A stretch of DNA of 64,000 nt from a virus. Lineage: Duplodnaviria; Heunggongvirae; Uroviricota; Caudoviricetes. A model generated the notes under the pieces. It made no database searches. It saw nothing but the letters and a program-made list of their open reading frames with translations, and was not told where the DNA came from. The stretch is from IMG/VR virus record IMGVR_UViG_3300029708_000226. One strand, 5' to 3'. The translations under genes and the position numbers were made by a program. Shown piece by piece: positions 51,264 to 61,565 of the stretch. Positions within the stretch are counted from its first letter, which is position 1. Each line of letters opens with the position of its first letter.

Positions 51264-53438
51264 TTATAATATTTTTTCTAATTTATCCACAATTCCAGAG
51301 TTTCTCTGCGGATGAATATCTGCTGTAATAAATCTTTCCAGCATGTTTTCGGAAGAAAGGATAATTACCTTATCAATCGCCCTTGTTACCGCTGTGTATA
51401 AAATTGATCTGCTTATCATAGACGGTGCAACATCCGACGGAAGAACTATCACAATGATCTCTCCTTCGCTGCCCTGATATTTATGAACTGTGGTTGCATA
51501 AGCAAGTGCAATATCCTCATAGTGATCTTCGTGAATATGTACATTTGTATCGTCGTCTGCAGAAAGAATCATTTCTTCCGAGCCAAAATCATGAATGAGC
51601 CATAAATTGCCGTTAAAATACGATTCATCACCATACACATTTCTAACCGTCATAACTTTATCAAACCTATAAAAGCAATCTTCGCCATAGCAGATATGAT
51701 CTTCGTCTGCGTTATGGAATATTTCCTGTGCCAGCAAATTTAGTCCCTGTACACCTATTGTACCCGATTGCTGAGGAGTTATAACATGTAATTTCTGGTA
51801 ATTTACCGGATCATAAAGCGTTTCAAATATTCTTTTTGCTTCCATTCTTGCTTCTGAGTCGTTATGAAAACGTTTTATAATAAAATGACTATCCTGTTTA
51901 AGTTCGGTTTTACCTTCCAAAATCAAATCTCTGTTAATACAGATAGAGCTGTCTTTCTTCTGTCTATGTGTACTTGATAATTCGAAATAATGGAATTTGC
52001 CACTATTTACCAAATCATGTAGCAAAAATCCAGGCTCTACCGAAGGAAGTTGATTCCAGTCGCCCACAAAAAGAAGTTTTGTCTCGTCTCCTACTGCATT
52101 CAAAAAACTTTTAAAAAGATAAATGCCAACCATAGAAAATTCGTCGATAATAATAAAATCGGCATCTATGGGGTTATTTTCGTTTCTCATAGGAAACGAT
52201 TGTCCGTCTTCTATCCGGTATTCCATCAGCAGATGGATCGTAGACGAAGCCAGTCCGGTTGCTTCTTTGATTCTTTCTGCCGCACGGCCTGTCGGTGCGC
52301 AGACGGCGACACGCTTATCCGGATATTTCTTCTGATAACAGGCTACTAGATTCTTCAAAGTGGTTGTTTTTCCTGTGCCGGGACCACCGATCAGAAAACA
52401 TGGTTCTGTATCTTTAAGCAAACAAAAAGCTTCTTTTTGAGAATCATCCAGATAACTTCCGTCTGTATTCAGGTAATCATCAATTTCCCTGTCGTTCAAC
52501 ATGGTCTGCGATTTTCTCTTAAGTCTCGCAAGACCTCCGGCTATTTCACTTTCGGCGTCCCATGATTTGCGGGAATAAAATCTGGGCTGTCCTGTTGTAG
52601 TATCAAGATAGCCAGCTTTACTTGATAAAATCTCAAAAAGAACCAGTCCATCGGGAGCCTGTTCATCAAAACAGGATATTCTTTTTTCAATTTTTCGGTA
52701 CATTGGAAGAATTTCTTCTGCTGAACAATAACTGTTTCCTGTTGTCGCCAGGTAATAAAATGTCTGATTTACAATACTCCTGATTCTATCCGGATCACAG
52801 AAAGTAAACCCATTATCTCTTGCGTAAGCATCAATGTTTTCAAAAGGGATTTCTGCGCGCTTCATGGACAAATACGGATTTTCTTTGATTTCTGTACGGA
52901 CATTTCTTTCATATATTTTTCTCAATCGATTGATCTGTGTGAAAGAAATTCCATAAGGAGATAACTCTTTCAACAGATCCATTTCGATCAAAGATCCTTC
53001 TGCTTTCTTTACGAAAGAAACCGCTTTTTTATGGGAAAATCCCTTAATCTGTTCCATGTGCTCGACGGCTTTATCTGATTGCAAAAGCTGATCGATGGTC
53101 ATATTGTTGATTTTTAGATAAGCAATAACCCTATCTGCACAGGCGCTGCCCATTCCAGGCTCTAAATGTGCCATAACGAAAGACTTCGCCAAAATATCGT
53201 TATTGATATTTAAACTGATGGAATCGACAATAAATAATAGCTCTTTTTTGTCTCCGGATAACTCTTTGTGACCAGTAATTGTTAATGGCGTTTTTGGGGC
53301 ATAATTCGGAATGACTCCGCGGCAGTTATAGAAATTTTCGCCGTCTTCGTCATATTTTAGTCCCTTGAACTGAAAGAACGTATAGCCTGACTTGATATTG
53401 CGAAATAAAGTTTTTTGATATACACCATCTATGGTCAT
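51264..53438 (-). CDS. recD2: RecD2-like SF1 helicase
   Basis: GGPGTGKTT, APTGRAA, TIH.L, IIDEFSM, GD.NQLPSV, AYATTVHKYQGSE, YTAVTRA. Confidence 0.93.
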   Translation of the reverse strand: MTIDGVYQKTLFRNIKSGYTFFQFKGLKYDEDGENFYNCRGVIPNYAPKTPLTITGHKELSGDKKELLFIVDSISLNINNDILAKSFVMAHLEPGMGSACADRVIAYLKINNMTIDQLLQSDKAVEHMEQIKGFSHKKAVSFVKKAEGSLIEMDLLKELSPYGISFTQINRLRKIYERNVRTEIKENPYLSMKRAEIPFENIDAYARDNGFTFCDPDRIRSIVNQTFYYLATTGNSYCSAEEILPMYRKIEKRISCFDEQAPDGLVLFEILSSKAGYLDTTTGQPRFYSRKSWDAESEIAGGLARLKRKSQTMLNDREIDDYLNTDGSYLDDSQKEAFCLLKDTEPCFLIGGPGTGKTTTLKNLVACYQKKYPDKRVAVCAPTGRAAERIKEATGLASSTIHLLMEYRIEDGQSFPMRNENNPIDADFIIIDEFSMVGIYLFKSFLNAVGDETKLLFVGDWNQLPSVEPGFLLHDLVNSGKFHYFELSSTHRQKKDSSICINRDLILEGKTELKQDSHFIIKRFHNDSEARMEAKRIFETLYDPVNYQKLHVITPQQSGTIGVQGLNLLAQEIFHNADEDHICYGEDCFYRFDKVMTVRNVYGDESYFNGNLWLIHDFGSEEMILSADDDTNVHIHEDHYEDIALAYATTVHKYQGSEGEIIVIVLPSDVAPSMISRSILYTAVTRAIDKVIILSSENMLERFITADIHPQRNSGIVDKLEKIL

Positions 53439-53520
53439 GAATCTGCCTCCCTGTCTTTGGATGATATTATTATGACAGATTTGGCGGCTCTATAGAAATT
53501 TCTGCACAAAAAAGATGCCG

Positions 53521-53772
53521 CTATTCTCCGGCATCTTCCTCTGATTTTTCTTCATCGTTTTCATCAAGCTCTTCGGGATCTTCCCGCCAGAACAAAAGAT
53601 TTTCTTTTCTATATAATCTTGTGGCTTTATATATTATTACAAGAATAAACACGATAAATACTGCTCCATTGCCCCAATAATAAGTTCCGTTTATTAACTG
53701 AAAAATACAATTAACGAGAGCCACGATCGCCATAACAATATAAAACCAGATTGATATTTTATTTCGTTTCAC
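53521..53772 (-). CDS. Small 2-TM membrane protein
   Basis: AGGAG RBS, GTG start, two hydrophobic segments. Confidence 0.65.
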   Translation of the reverse strand: MKRNKISIWFYIVMAIVALVNCIFQLINGTYYWGNGAVFIVFILVIIYKATRLYRKENLLFWREDPEELDENDEEKSEEDAGE

Positions 53773-53783
53773 GCTATCTCCTC

Positions 53784-54404
53784 CTAAATAAAAAATATTA
53801 AAAATGAAGCCGCAATATACGGCGTCATCGCAACGGGATGCTTTAAATTACCTTGTTTATTAATATTCTTTTTAGCTCCCTGTGCAACAGCCAAAAAGAT
53901 AAGCATTATTCCCATGTGCCACATGTAATCTTCTATTTCTGCATTATGAAGCATGAGAAATGCAGCGCATTCACAAAACAGAAAAGCATCTGCCTGACCA
54001 TACATAAACTGAAATATTCCTAATTGTAATGCGGCGAAAAATAGGAACGATATATAATTTTTCGGGAATCCGGCATATCCTATGAAAAGAATCATAGAGG
54101 CTAGGTTTATAAAATGAAACAAATCATATACTTCCTGATACTTTATGTCCATTTCAACCATTACGATTGTATTCGCAAAGAATATAGCTTCTATGATGCT
54201 CGTAAACCATGAATGTTCGATGTGAGTTTTTAATGGTAATGGCAAAATATAATGTGATATAGCCAGAAGAAGTATAACGAATGTTTCAATCACTATTTCT
54301 TTGCTTGATTCCTCAATTTTTTCTTCGCCTATCTTGTTACTGTATTGTAAGATGATTTTTCTTGTAAAAATAAAAAACATCATAAAAATAATAGCATTTA
54401 GCAT
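53784..54404 (-). CDS. Prepilin peptidase (A24-like)
   Basis: Multi-TM; DIKYQEV and GQAD aspartate motifs; MTPYI; adjacent to Tad locus. Confidence 0.7.
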   Translation of the reverse strand: MLNAIIFMMFFIFTRKIILQYSNKIGEEKIEESSKEIVIETFVILLLAISHYILPLPLKTHIEHSWFTSIIEAIFFANTIVMVEMDIKYQEVYDLFHFINLASMILFIGYAGFPKNYISFLFFAALQLGIFQFMYGQADAFLFCECAAFLMLHNAEIEDYMWHMGIMLIFLAVAQGAKKNINKQGNLKHPVAMTPYIAASFLIFFI

Positions 54405-54470
54405 AACTTACTCCTCACTATTATTATGAAAGTTTTTATTTAAAAAGGGAGCTTTTTAGCTCCCTTTCAA

Positions 54471-55181
54471 TTAATCCACATGTTTTACATAATAAATGGT
54501 TCCTTCAGCAACAGCCTTGTAATACTCATCTACGGAAGCATTTTCAAACAGCAGATTTACTCTTTCGCAAACCGATGTTTCATCACCATTCTTGATCTCT
54601 GTACCGGCAGAATCAAAAGCCTGCAATACATAAATATCAGAATATAAAAGATCTTCATTAGAGTGATCGATACCATCTTCTTTTCTGTTTGCGATGATAT
54701 AAATGTCCACCGTATCCCCCGGCCTTATAGTACCGCTTACGATCTGGGAAAGATCAGCCGAACCTGCACCGACGGATCTAGGCTCTTTCATAGCTGCTAC
54801 TTTCTCATCAATGCTTTTTAACATATTTGTGCTCATGGCAGTGCCGGTACTGATTGTAAACTCCGGAGCGAATCCATAAAGCTGTTCTTCTTCGGTTACA
54901 GCATTCTCCGGGAAAATTCCCTTATCGATTTCCTTTTTGGTAAAATAAGTAGGTACATTATCCTCTGAAAATACGACATTTTTGGGAATTTCGGTGCTGG
55001 TAACGAGAATTTCTGCCTTTTCATAATTGGATAATGCCTGTTTTTCCATGTGAATCATAGCAAAAAACAAAACCACTCCGACAATCAGTGCCATAAGAAA
55101 TGCTATCGGCAAAATGCTTTTGTTTTTCTTTTCAGCCCTTACTTTCTTTTCTTTTTTCTTTAACATCTGTTTTTCCTCCAT
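54471..55181 (-). CDS. CpaB/RcpC-like (SAF domain) pilus assembly protein
   Basis: N-terminal TM, SAF-like segment, VSGTIRPGDTVDIY. Confidence 0.8.
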   Translation of the reverse strand: MEEKQMLKKKEKKVRAEKKNKSILPIAFLMALIVGVVLFFAMIHMEKQALSNYEKAEILVTSTEIPKNVVFSEDNVPTYFTKKEIDKGIFPENAVTEEEQLYGFAPEFTISTGTAMSTNMLKSIDEKVAAMKEPRSVGAGSADLSQIVSGTIRPGDTVDIYIIANRKEDGIDHSNEDLLYSDIYVLQAFDSAGTEIKNGDETSVCERVNLLFENASVDEYYKAVAEGTIYYVKHVD

Positions 55182-55882
55182 TATAATACTTTATCAACAG
55201 AAAATAGTTTCTTTTGTCTAATGATACCTTTGATTTGCCCATGCAGCGTTTTGATTGGGATTTCAAGTTCCACATATATTGATGTCTGGTCTATCGTTTC
55301 ATCAAGATCATTTTCGTAATACGATATATGATAATCCTCAATGTAATCCGGCGTAGAAGCCACGATTGCATCGCTCTTCCATGTCCCATCTTTATATACG
55401 CATTTGACGATTTCAGCACCTTTTTCTTCCGCCAAAACAATTGGCTGCAGTTTTGGATCATCCGACGGGACTACTTTGGCTGGAGTTCCATTAAATACGT
55501 TATATATTCGGTATTCTATTACTCTTGCCTTATCACCGACTAATCTATTCCCAAAATCAACGGTATCTATATCGATTGCATCATCAACAAACTCATTGAT
55601 ACCTAAGTTGGCTTTCATACAATTTTCAAAAACACGGAGACTATCGTATTTGTTAATATACAATTTTTCTTCAGATGAATATGTATCCTGATCCACCAGC
55701 GTAGCTGCAAGCCCGGAAGAAACAATGGTGTCATCTATATTGTTTTTCAATACCTTTGTATATTTCATAGAGACGCCGATCACCACTAGCACTATGCTAT
55801 AAAATACAAGCATCGTTGCTCGGATCAACTCAGCATTGCCTTTTCTTTTTCGTGATAAAAATTTACATAGCATATTTATCAC
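55181..55882 (-). CDS. Tad pseudopilin (TadG/TadF-like)
   Basis: KRKG followed by hydrophobic helix; locus context. Confidence 0.6.
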   Translation of the reverse strand: MINMLCKFLSRKRKGNAELIRATMLVFYSIVLVVIGVSMKYTKVLKNNIDDTIVSSGLAATLVDQDTYSSEEKLYINKYDSLRVFENCMKANLGINEFVDDAIDIDTVDFGNRLVGDKARVIEYRIYNVFNGTPAKVVPSDDPKLQPIVLAEEKGAEIVKCVYKDGTWKSDAIVASTPDYIEDYHISYYENDLDETIDQTSIYVELEIPIKTLHGQIKGIIRQKKLFSVDKVL

Positions 55883-56295
55883 CTTGCCTTCGAAATGGAT
55901 TCGCGATAGATCCTAATGTGATGTGTTCCTCCAAGGATTCGGCTGCCTATCGTTCCAATATCAGTTGATTGTGCATCATACTCGACTAAAATAGACACGG
56001 GATTACCATAATCTATTTTTCCGGACGCACCGTTGTTTATGACTACATCCGTATTTGTGACTTTAAATCCTCTGTTATTAAAATCTTCGACTACGGTATT
56101 TCTGTTAAGCTCCCCAGTGGTTTCGAGTTTCAAAATCTCCGCTCTGGCAATCTGATCGATATTGTCTCTGTAATTGGAAATTGCAAATGTATTAATTACA
56201 AAAACCAATAATGTAGCTTCAAGCAAAAAGGTTATGATCGAGGCAACAAACTGATCCATGGAACCGTTTCTTTTGTTACTCAATATTTTTTTCAC
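55879..56295 (-). CDS. Tad pseudopilin (TadE-like)
   Basis: KRNG followed by hydrophobic helix; ...IDYG.PV...SISK. Confidence 0.65.
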   Translation of the reverse strand: MKKILSNKRNGSMDQFVASIITFLLEATLLVFVINTFAISNYRDNIDQIARAEILKLETTGELNRNTVVEDFNNRGFKVTNTDVVINNGASGKIDYGNPVSILVEYDAQSTDIGTIGSRILGGTHHIRIYRESISKAR

Positions 56296-56356
56296 GGCGT
56301 TCCTCCTTATCCAAAAAAGGCCGCATAAACGGCCTTTTTTGTTTTTACTTTCCAGC

Positions 56357-56584
56357 TTACAGAGTAAGGATGTTGGAAAGTGAATTTGTTGCCTTCTCCA
56401 ATAACTGATTCATGGAATTAGACATTGAATTCTTGAACAGAATTGCAATAGCGACACCGATTACGACTAAGGCGATTGCAATCATTAAACCATCGATGCC
56501 CTTTCTCTTACAAGTAAACATCTTCTGAATCTTTCCGGTTCCCTTAATTACAGCTGCATTTGAAAAATCCAAAATTTTCTTCAT
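56357..56584 (-). CDS. Flp-type major pilin
   Basis: 75 aa; KRKG then hydrophobic helix IAIALVVIGVAIAILFK; own promoter motif (56635) and terminator. Confidence 0.75.
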   Translation of the reverse strand: MKKILDFSNAAVIKGTGKIQKMFTCKRKGIDGLMIAIALVVIGVAIAILFKNSMSNSMNQLLEKATNSLSNILTL

Positions 56585-56685
56585 GTTAATTCTCCCTTAC
56601 TAGAAAAAGATTTATTTTCTTACATTATTATTATGATAGAACTTTGTTAAAAACGCAGAATTTTTAACTTCCGTCATTTTTACAT

Positions 56686-57549
56686 TTAGAACAGTGATCC
56701 AATGGACAAAGATCCTAAGGAAATTACGATAATGAAGACCATAATTGCTCCAAATTCTACGATGGAGCTAAAAGTCAGCGCTCTATCCAGTTCCTGTTTT
56801 TTTCTCATGAGAGCCGCGTTTTGGAATGACTTAAGTTGTTCGGAAATATCTCCCAGAAGTTCTACTGCTTCTCCGGAATCTAATGCTTGAATAATAGCAA
56901 CACACAGTGAATCAATATAGCTATTGGAAAATTTATGCTGAAAATTTGTGATAACCTTTTTTACATCAGATGTCATCATCATTTCTCCAGACATTTCCAT
57001 TAACGCTACCTTAAGCCTTTTGCTTCTGTTTACAAGCGCATAATCTTCGCACAAAGCGTTGATGATATAAACACCACCTTTGATCTGTACGGAAAGCGCA
57101 TCGTAAATGATCTGCAGATCCGAAGTAATCTTATTATTGTCGCTGTTATTCTGGATATTAGCTAATAAATCCAATAACGCATAACCAAGCACAAAACCTA
57201 GTATCGCTACCGCCGGATGAAACTGAGCTGTAAGAGCAGCCGCTGCTGCGCCCATGCAAATCTTAACGCCGGTGTAGACCAATGGATCAGCCAGACTCGG
57301 ATGTCTAAAAGCAAAACCATTGCTAATCAATTTCTTCTGAATCTGGTCATAATCATAAATTCCTATCTTTTTCTTTTCCTGCAACTCGCCACGGATACGT
57401 TCGTATTGCTTTGCGATGGCTTGTCCTGGATGATAGGAAAATGCAATTATCAGAATAATTCCACCGCCAAACAAAGCAATGATAAGCGGCAGGATATTGT
57501 ACTGCGCAATTAAATTTAACGTTTCATTCATTTTCAATACCTCTCGCAA
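56686..57549 (-). CDS. TadC-like (T2SS F) membrane platform protein
   Basis: TM topology; follows TadB-like gene. Confidence 0.75.
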   Translation of the reverse strand: MREVLKMNETLNLIAQYNILPLIIALFGGGIILIIAFSYHPGQAIAKQYERIRGELQEKKKIGIYDYDQIQKKLISNGFAFRHPSLADPLVYTGVKICMGAAAAALTAQFHPAVAILGFVLGYALLDLLANIQNNSDNNKITSDLQIIYDALSVQIKGGVYIINALCEDYALVNRSKRLKVALMEMSGEMMMTSDVKKVITNFQHKFSNSYIDSLCVAIIQALDSGEAVELLGDISEQLKSFQNAALMRKKQELDRALTFSSIVEFGAIMVFIIVISLGSLSIGSLF

Positions 57550-57550
57550 T

Positions 57551-58555
57551 TTATGATTTATTGACTGTGTAGATCTTCCAGAACATAGTCAGGAAACAAA
57601 TAGCTTCAATAATAAGAGTGATCCGACCTATCAGAGAACCAAAAAGCTCAACCCAAATATCAATACCAAGCAACTGGCCCATAAAATAAACGCAGCCAAT
57701 TAACGCAAGCGCCATAACAAACATATTTACCACGCCATCGGAAGCCAATGCTTTTCTTTCCTGTTTTGAACTCATATAATTCTGCAAAATCTGTCTGTTG
57801 CTTTTTACTACCGTCGTAAAGTCGGCATCGTAATTGATTGCAATTTCGAGGTTTTTGATAATTTCATGAAACTGTGGATGCTCGATTTTGGCAACCATAT
57901 TATTTAAAGCTTCCTCTGGCTTACCGGATGTTCTGGCTTCCTCGTAACACTCTATCAAAACAGTTCTTAATGGATCATTCATGAATCTTGCAACTTTTCT
58001 GAACGTGGCTGTGACTTCTTGCGCTGTTAAACTGTAGCTTCCGAGCATGTTTAAAAACTGAATCAGATCTTTATCGACTTTCTGATAATTATTCATACTC
58101 AGCATCATTTCAAAGAATATTAGCAGTCCTGCTGCCACTATCCCAAGGATAACATTCAACAAGAAGTCTTTAATGAATATCAGTGAAACAAGAAATACAA
58201 ATAATCCAAACACAATGATGATTGTCAGCCATAATTCCGGAGTCAAAAAGGTAAAAATCTTATCTATTCGGCTATATGTATATAGCTTTATCCATTTTTC
58301 CCAGAATCCGTCTTTTTTCAGCAGCTGTTTACCGCCTTTGTTGAGCATCATATTTTTATAAATCATATCATTGTAGGTATCCTGCAATGTGTTTGATATG
58401 ATGCTCGTTTTTCTCAGGTAATAAAACAAAATTGTAAATGCCGCAACAATAATAGCAAAAGTCCCGATTTTGAATATCAAGTTCTCATGCGTGATGGAAA
58501 GCGAGTCCAAAAAATCAATACTTAATTTCCCCAGCGTTGTCTTTATCGTATCCAT
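57551..58555 (-). CDS. TadB-like (T2SS F) membrane platform protein
   Basis: PLR..L..C..E..TSG..EEAL; follows CpaF. Confidence 0.78.
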   Translation of the reverse strand: MDTIKTTLGKLSIDFLDSLSITHENLIFKIGTFAIIVAAFTILFYYLRKTSIISNTLQDTYNDMIYKNMMLNKGGKQLLKKDGFWEKWIKLYTYSRIDKIFTFLTPELWLTIIIVFGLFVFLVSLIFIKDFLLNVILGIVAAGLLIFFEMMLSMNNYQKVDKDLIQFLNMLGSYSLTAQEVTATFRKVARFMNDPLRTVLIECYEEARTSGKPEEALNNMVAKIEHPQFHEIIKNLEIAINYDADFTTVVKSNRQILQNYMSSKQERKALASDGVVNMFVMALALIGCVYFMGQLLGIDIWVELFGSLIGRITLIIEAICFLTMFWKIYTVNKS

Positions 58556-59732
58556 TTACAAAACCTCCATTTTCCCATATTGCCTCATATTCCAATTCTC
58601 CCTTATCGCGGTTATATCCTTTAACGGCATAAACCTGGCAAACCTTGTAATTCTTCATAAAAATAATAGTCTTAAAACAGTCCATCATTCGAAGCAGTTC
58701 ATCTTTTGAATATTTGCTATCTATAAGGGAATAGTCGATCAATTTATCCAATGCCTTCGGAGCAGAGGGCGCATGGATTGTAGCGGCGCACAACTGGCCA
58801 GTATAAGCTGCATTTAACAGGTATCTTGCCTCTTCACCCTTAATCTCACCGATGATAAAGAAATCAACATCCATGGTAAGTCCGGCAATACTGATGTTTT
58901 TCAGGTCATATTTTACTTTGCTTTCTTCAGAATTAGGTAAAGAATGCATAAACATCATATCCGGATGTGTTTTAGTGGTTAATTCGTCCGCCTGCTGCGC
59001 AATCAGAACCGAAACATCATGTGAGATTTCTTCCTTTAATGCATTTAGTATAGTTGTTTTTCCGGAGGAATTACCGCCACATATAAGGGTTGATCCATTT
59101 GTGAATCTGGTAATCAGAACATCAGCTAATTCCTGGGAGAGCATCGGTTCTTCCATATTCACCAGTTTATCGATGGTCGGGAAATTCTTTGCAACTTTTC
59201 TGATAACCAGATACGGTTCATCGAACGTATTTACCAAAGGTATGGAAATAGTAAAACGCAATATATAATCCGGATTACTCTCATCATCTGTAAAACGCTG
59301 AATTGCGTTCAAATTTGATAAACTGACCTGATTTCTGGTTGCAACGAAATCAACGAATCTCGCGTATTCTTCTTTTGAAGAAAAAACAATACCGGCGTCC
59401 TCTCTATGCCCCTTTCTTTTGATACGGATCTGATTGTATCCAGTAACACGAATGTCAGACACCTGCGGATCATTAATCAAATCCGTCAGAATGGAATATC
59501 CGAACACATAGTTTTCGAACATTTTTAATGTCTTTTCTACGATTTCTGAGGTAACATCATACATTTCGAAAGCGTAGTTTTTGACGCTTTCCATGAAATT
59601 TTCCTTTGTAATTTCATTATTTTTAACACTCAGCAAATCCGTCTGCTTAAGCTTGGAATAATCTTCGATCAATTCCTGAAGCAGCTTTTTTTCATCTGCT
59701 ATCTGATGAGCCATTGAATTATTCTTTTTCAT
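58515..59732 (-). CDS. CpaF/TadA pilus ATPase
   Basis: VSDIRV, GGNSSGKTT, IIGEIKGEEA, TGQ...TIHAPS; AAGGAG RBS. Confidence 0.9.
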   Translation of the reverse strand: MKKNNSMAHQIADEKKLLQELIEDYSKLKQTDLLSVKNNEITKENFMESVKNYAFEMYDVTSEIVEKTLKMFENYVFGYSILTDLINDPQVSDIRVTGYNQIRIKRKGHREDAGIVFSSKEEYARFVDFVATRNQVSLSNLNAIQRFTDDESNPDYILRFTISIPLVNTFDEPYLVIRKVAKNFPTIDKLVNMEEPMLSQELADVLITRFTNGSTLICGGNSSGKTTILNALKEEISHDVSVLIAQQADELTTKTHPDMMFMHSLPNSEESKVKYDLKNISIAGLTMDVDFFIIGEIKGEEARYLLNAAYTGQLCAATIHAPSAPKALDKLIDYSLIDSKYSKDELLRMMDCFKTIIFMKNYKVCQVYAVKGYNRDKGELEYEAIWENGGFVNGYDKDNAGEIKY

Positions 59733-59746
59733 TTTTATATACTCCT

Positions 59747-59986
59747 TTACATTTTTGTTCCTGCATAAATCAATAAGGCACCGATAGCGGCACATATCGC
59801 AATGAATATCAGCAAGGTAACGACCCCTTTTACCACTTTTCTACCCGTCTGCACGATCGTATCCGGTTCGTATATAATCACAGGGGAACCATCAAAATCT
59901 TCTCCGTATTCACGCAGTTTCTTTTCATCTTCAGCTTTCTTGTTATTCCGGATTTCCTCCTCCAGATAGTCCTTGTAAAGTTTCAT
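59747..59986 (-). CDS. Small membrane protein
   Basis: C-terminal TM; GGAGG RBS. Confidence 0.65.
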   Translation of the reverse strand: MKLYKDYLEEEIRNNKKAEDEKKLREYGEDFDGSPVIIYEPDTIVQTGRKVVKGVVTLLIFIAICAAIGALLIYAGTKM

Positions 59987-61025
59987 CTGTAGTTTCCTCC
60001 TGTACCTTCTCTTTTACGGAAAAACTCTCCATTTCGTCAGTTAAGTTATTTTTAACGGATACTGACAAAATGTGATCTTTGTACTCAATAATACTTTGAA
60101 AATTTCCTGCTGCCTGCACCCATTCCGGTTTTACCGAATCAAGGTGTTTGAATATGGAATTATCTGCTTTAGTATAATAAATACCATAAGTTTCTTCTTC
60201 GACCGTCTCTTCTTCTGGCATCTTTTCGGTTTTTGAACCGTTATCGGCATTAACGATTCCCTCATATACTTTTTGTATATCTGCATCTTCGGTATTCTGC
60301 TCTGCGTAAAATTCCTTAGCCATACTTTCGGTAACATCCGGCAAAACGGTATGATAATATTCCGAAATCTTACCATCACTATCATACTTCACATACAGTC
60401 TTTCTTTTTCGTTCTGCAATGCAAAAGTTTTATCTCCGAGATCTGCGAATTCGTACAACTCTTCTTCATAATTTTGCCCCCTGAAGTCTTCGCTCACGGA
60501 AGTAGACATCTGAAGCCAATCGTGAGAAGCATCGTAAACACAGTCCACATTCTTTTCTTTATATACATTAGTCCAGGAACGCCATGATTTATCGTGATAG
60601 GTTAAGCCAAATGTATAATGATTTGCGCCAACTTCACTTAAAGAAGCCAATGTGTATCCTGCCTCCGACAGCATAGTGGACATTGTCTCCTGTAAGGCCG
60701 ATACATCTACCCCACTTTGAAACAACTGCGTGTATCCGAGTAAATTTGAATTCATTGGAATAAATTTTAGATAATGGAATTCTTCATTGTTCCAATAGTC
60801 ATTAGGTTGTCCTTGAATGATCGTGTAATTGTGTTCATCGAGAATTGAAGTTGTATTCATTACATCCGTCTGTATTTTTGCCAGTCTGGAAAAAGCACCG
60901 TGCCAGTCATTTGGTGCAACAACCAGGGTATCTACAGCTTCTTCCTGCTGCTTATTTTGTCCACAGCCACACAACGCAGCGGTGAGTAACGAAACGCACG
61001 TAAAAAGTAAGATTTTGCTTTTCAT
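59943..61025 (-). CDS. Lipoprotein
   Basis: Lipobox LCG-C; AGGAGG RBS; promoter motif at 61060. Confidence 0.8.
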   Translation of the reverse strand: MKSKILLFTCVSLLTAALCGCGQNKQQEEAVDTLVVAPNDWHGAFSRLAKIQTDVMNTTSILDEHNYTIIQGQPNDYWNNEEFHYLKFIPMNSNLLGYTQLFQSGVDVSALQETMSTMLSEAGYTLASLSEVGANHYTFGLTYHDKSWRSWTNVYKEKNVDCVYDASHDWLQMSTSVSEDFRGQNYEEELYEFADLGDKTFALQNEKERLYVKYDSDGKISEYYHTVLPDVTESMAKEFYAEQNTEDADIQKVYEGIVNADNGSKTEKMPEEETVEEETYGIYYTKADNSIFKHLDSVKPEWVQAAGNFQSIIEYKDHILSVSVKNNLTDEMESFSVKEKVQEETTDETLQGLSGGGNPE

Positions 61026-61109
61026 ATAAATCCTCCTGTTCTTCCTCTATAATTATTATGAACGATTTCGTCAAAAAACAGGGACGCTTGACGCAATCCC
61101 TGTTTCCTG

Positions 61110-61550
61110 TTATTTATAACCCTTTAGCCAAAGTTTTTCTTCTTCTGTTAATTTGGATTTTTTAACTTTTTTAACCTTTTCTGTTTCCATTTGATGATAA
61201 ATCTTCAACTCATCTTCGGTGAGAATATCATTGATATCCCATGTCATTTCATAACAAAACGGACGGTTTCTGGGATTTAAAAAATTCTCAACAAAAACAG
61301 ATTTCAACCATTTTTCAAACGGCAATCCTCCAAAAATACTTAAGGAAGAACCGAATCCAAAGAGTAAAAACGGAACGGCCGGGAGATACAAAAGCAAAGA
61401 AATATAGGACCCGAATAATGCTCTTTGTATTGCTCTCGAAGCAAAAATGGAAGCCACGGCTAAAATGGAAAAAATAGCTTGTCTTAGTGTAAATGGACCG
61501 ATATCTTTTACCTGATATTCACGAATATCTTTATTGATGTATACTTGCAT
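61110..61550 (-). CDS. PrgI-family (VirB3-like) conjugation protein
   Basis: INKDIREY....IGPFTLRQ...G.PFEKW. Confidence 0.85.
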   Translation of the reverse strand: MQVYINKDIREYQVKDIGPFTLRQAIFSILAVASIFASRAIQRALFGSYISLLLYLPAVPFLLFGFGSSLSIFGGLPFEKWLKSVFVENFLNPRNRPFCYEMTWDINDILTEDELKIYHQMETEKVKKVKKSKLTEEEKLWLKGYK

Positions 61551-61565
61551 ATCTATCTCTCCTCT

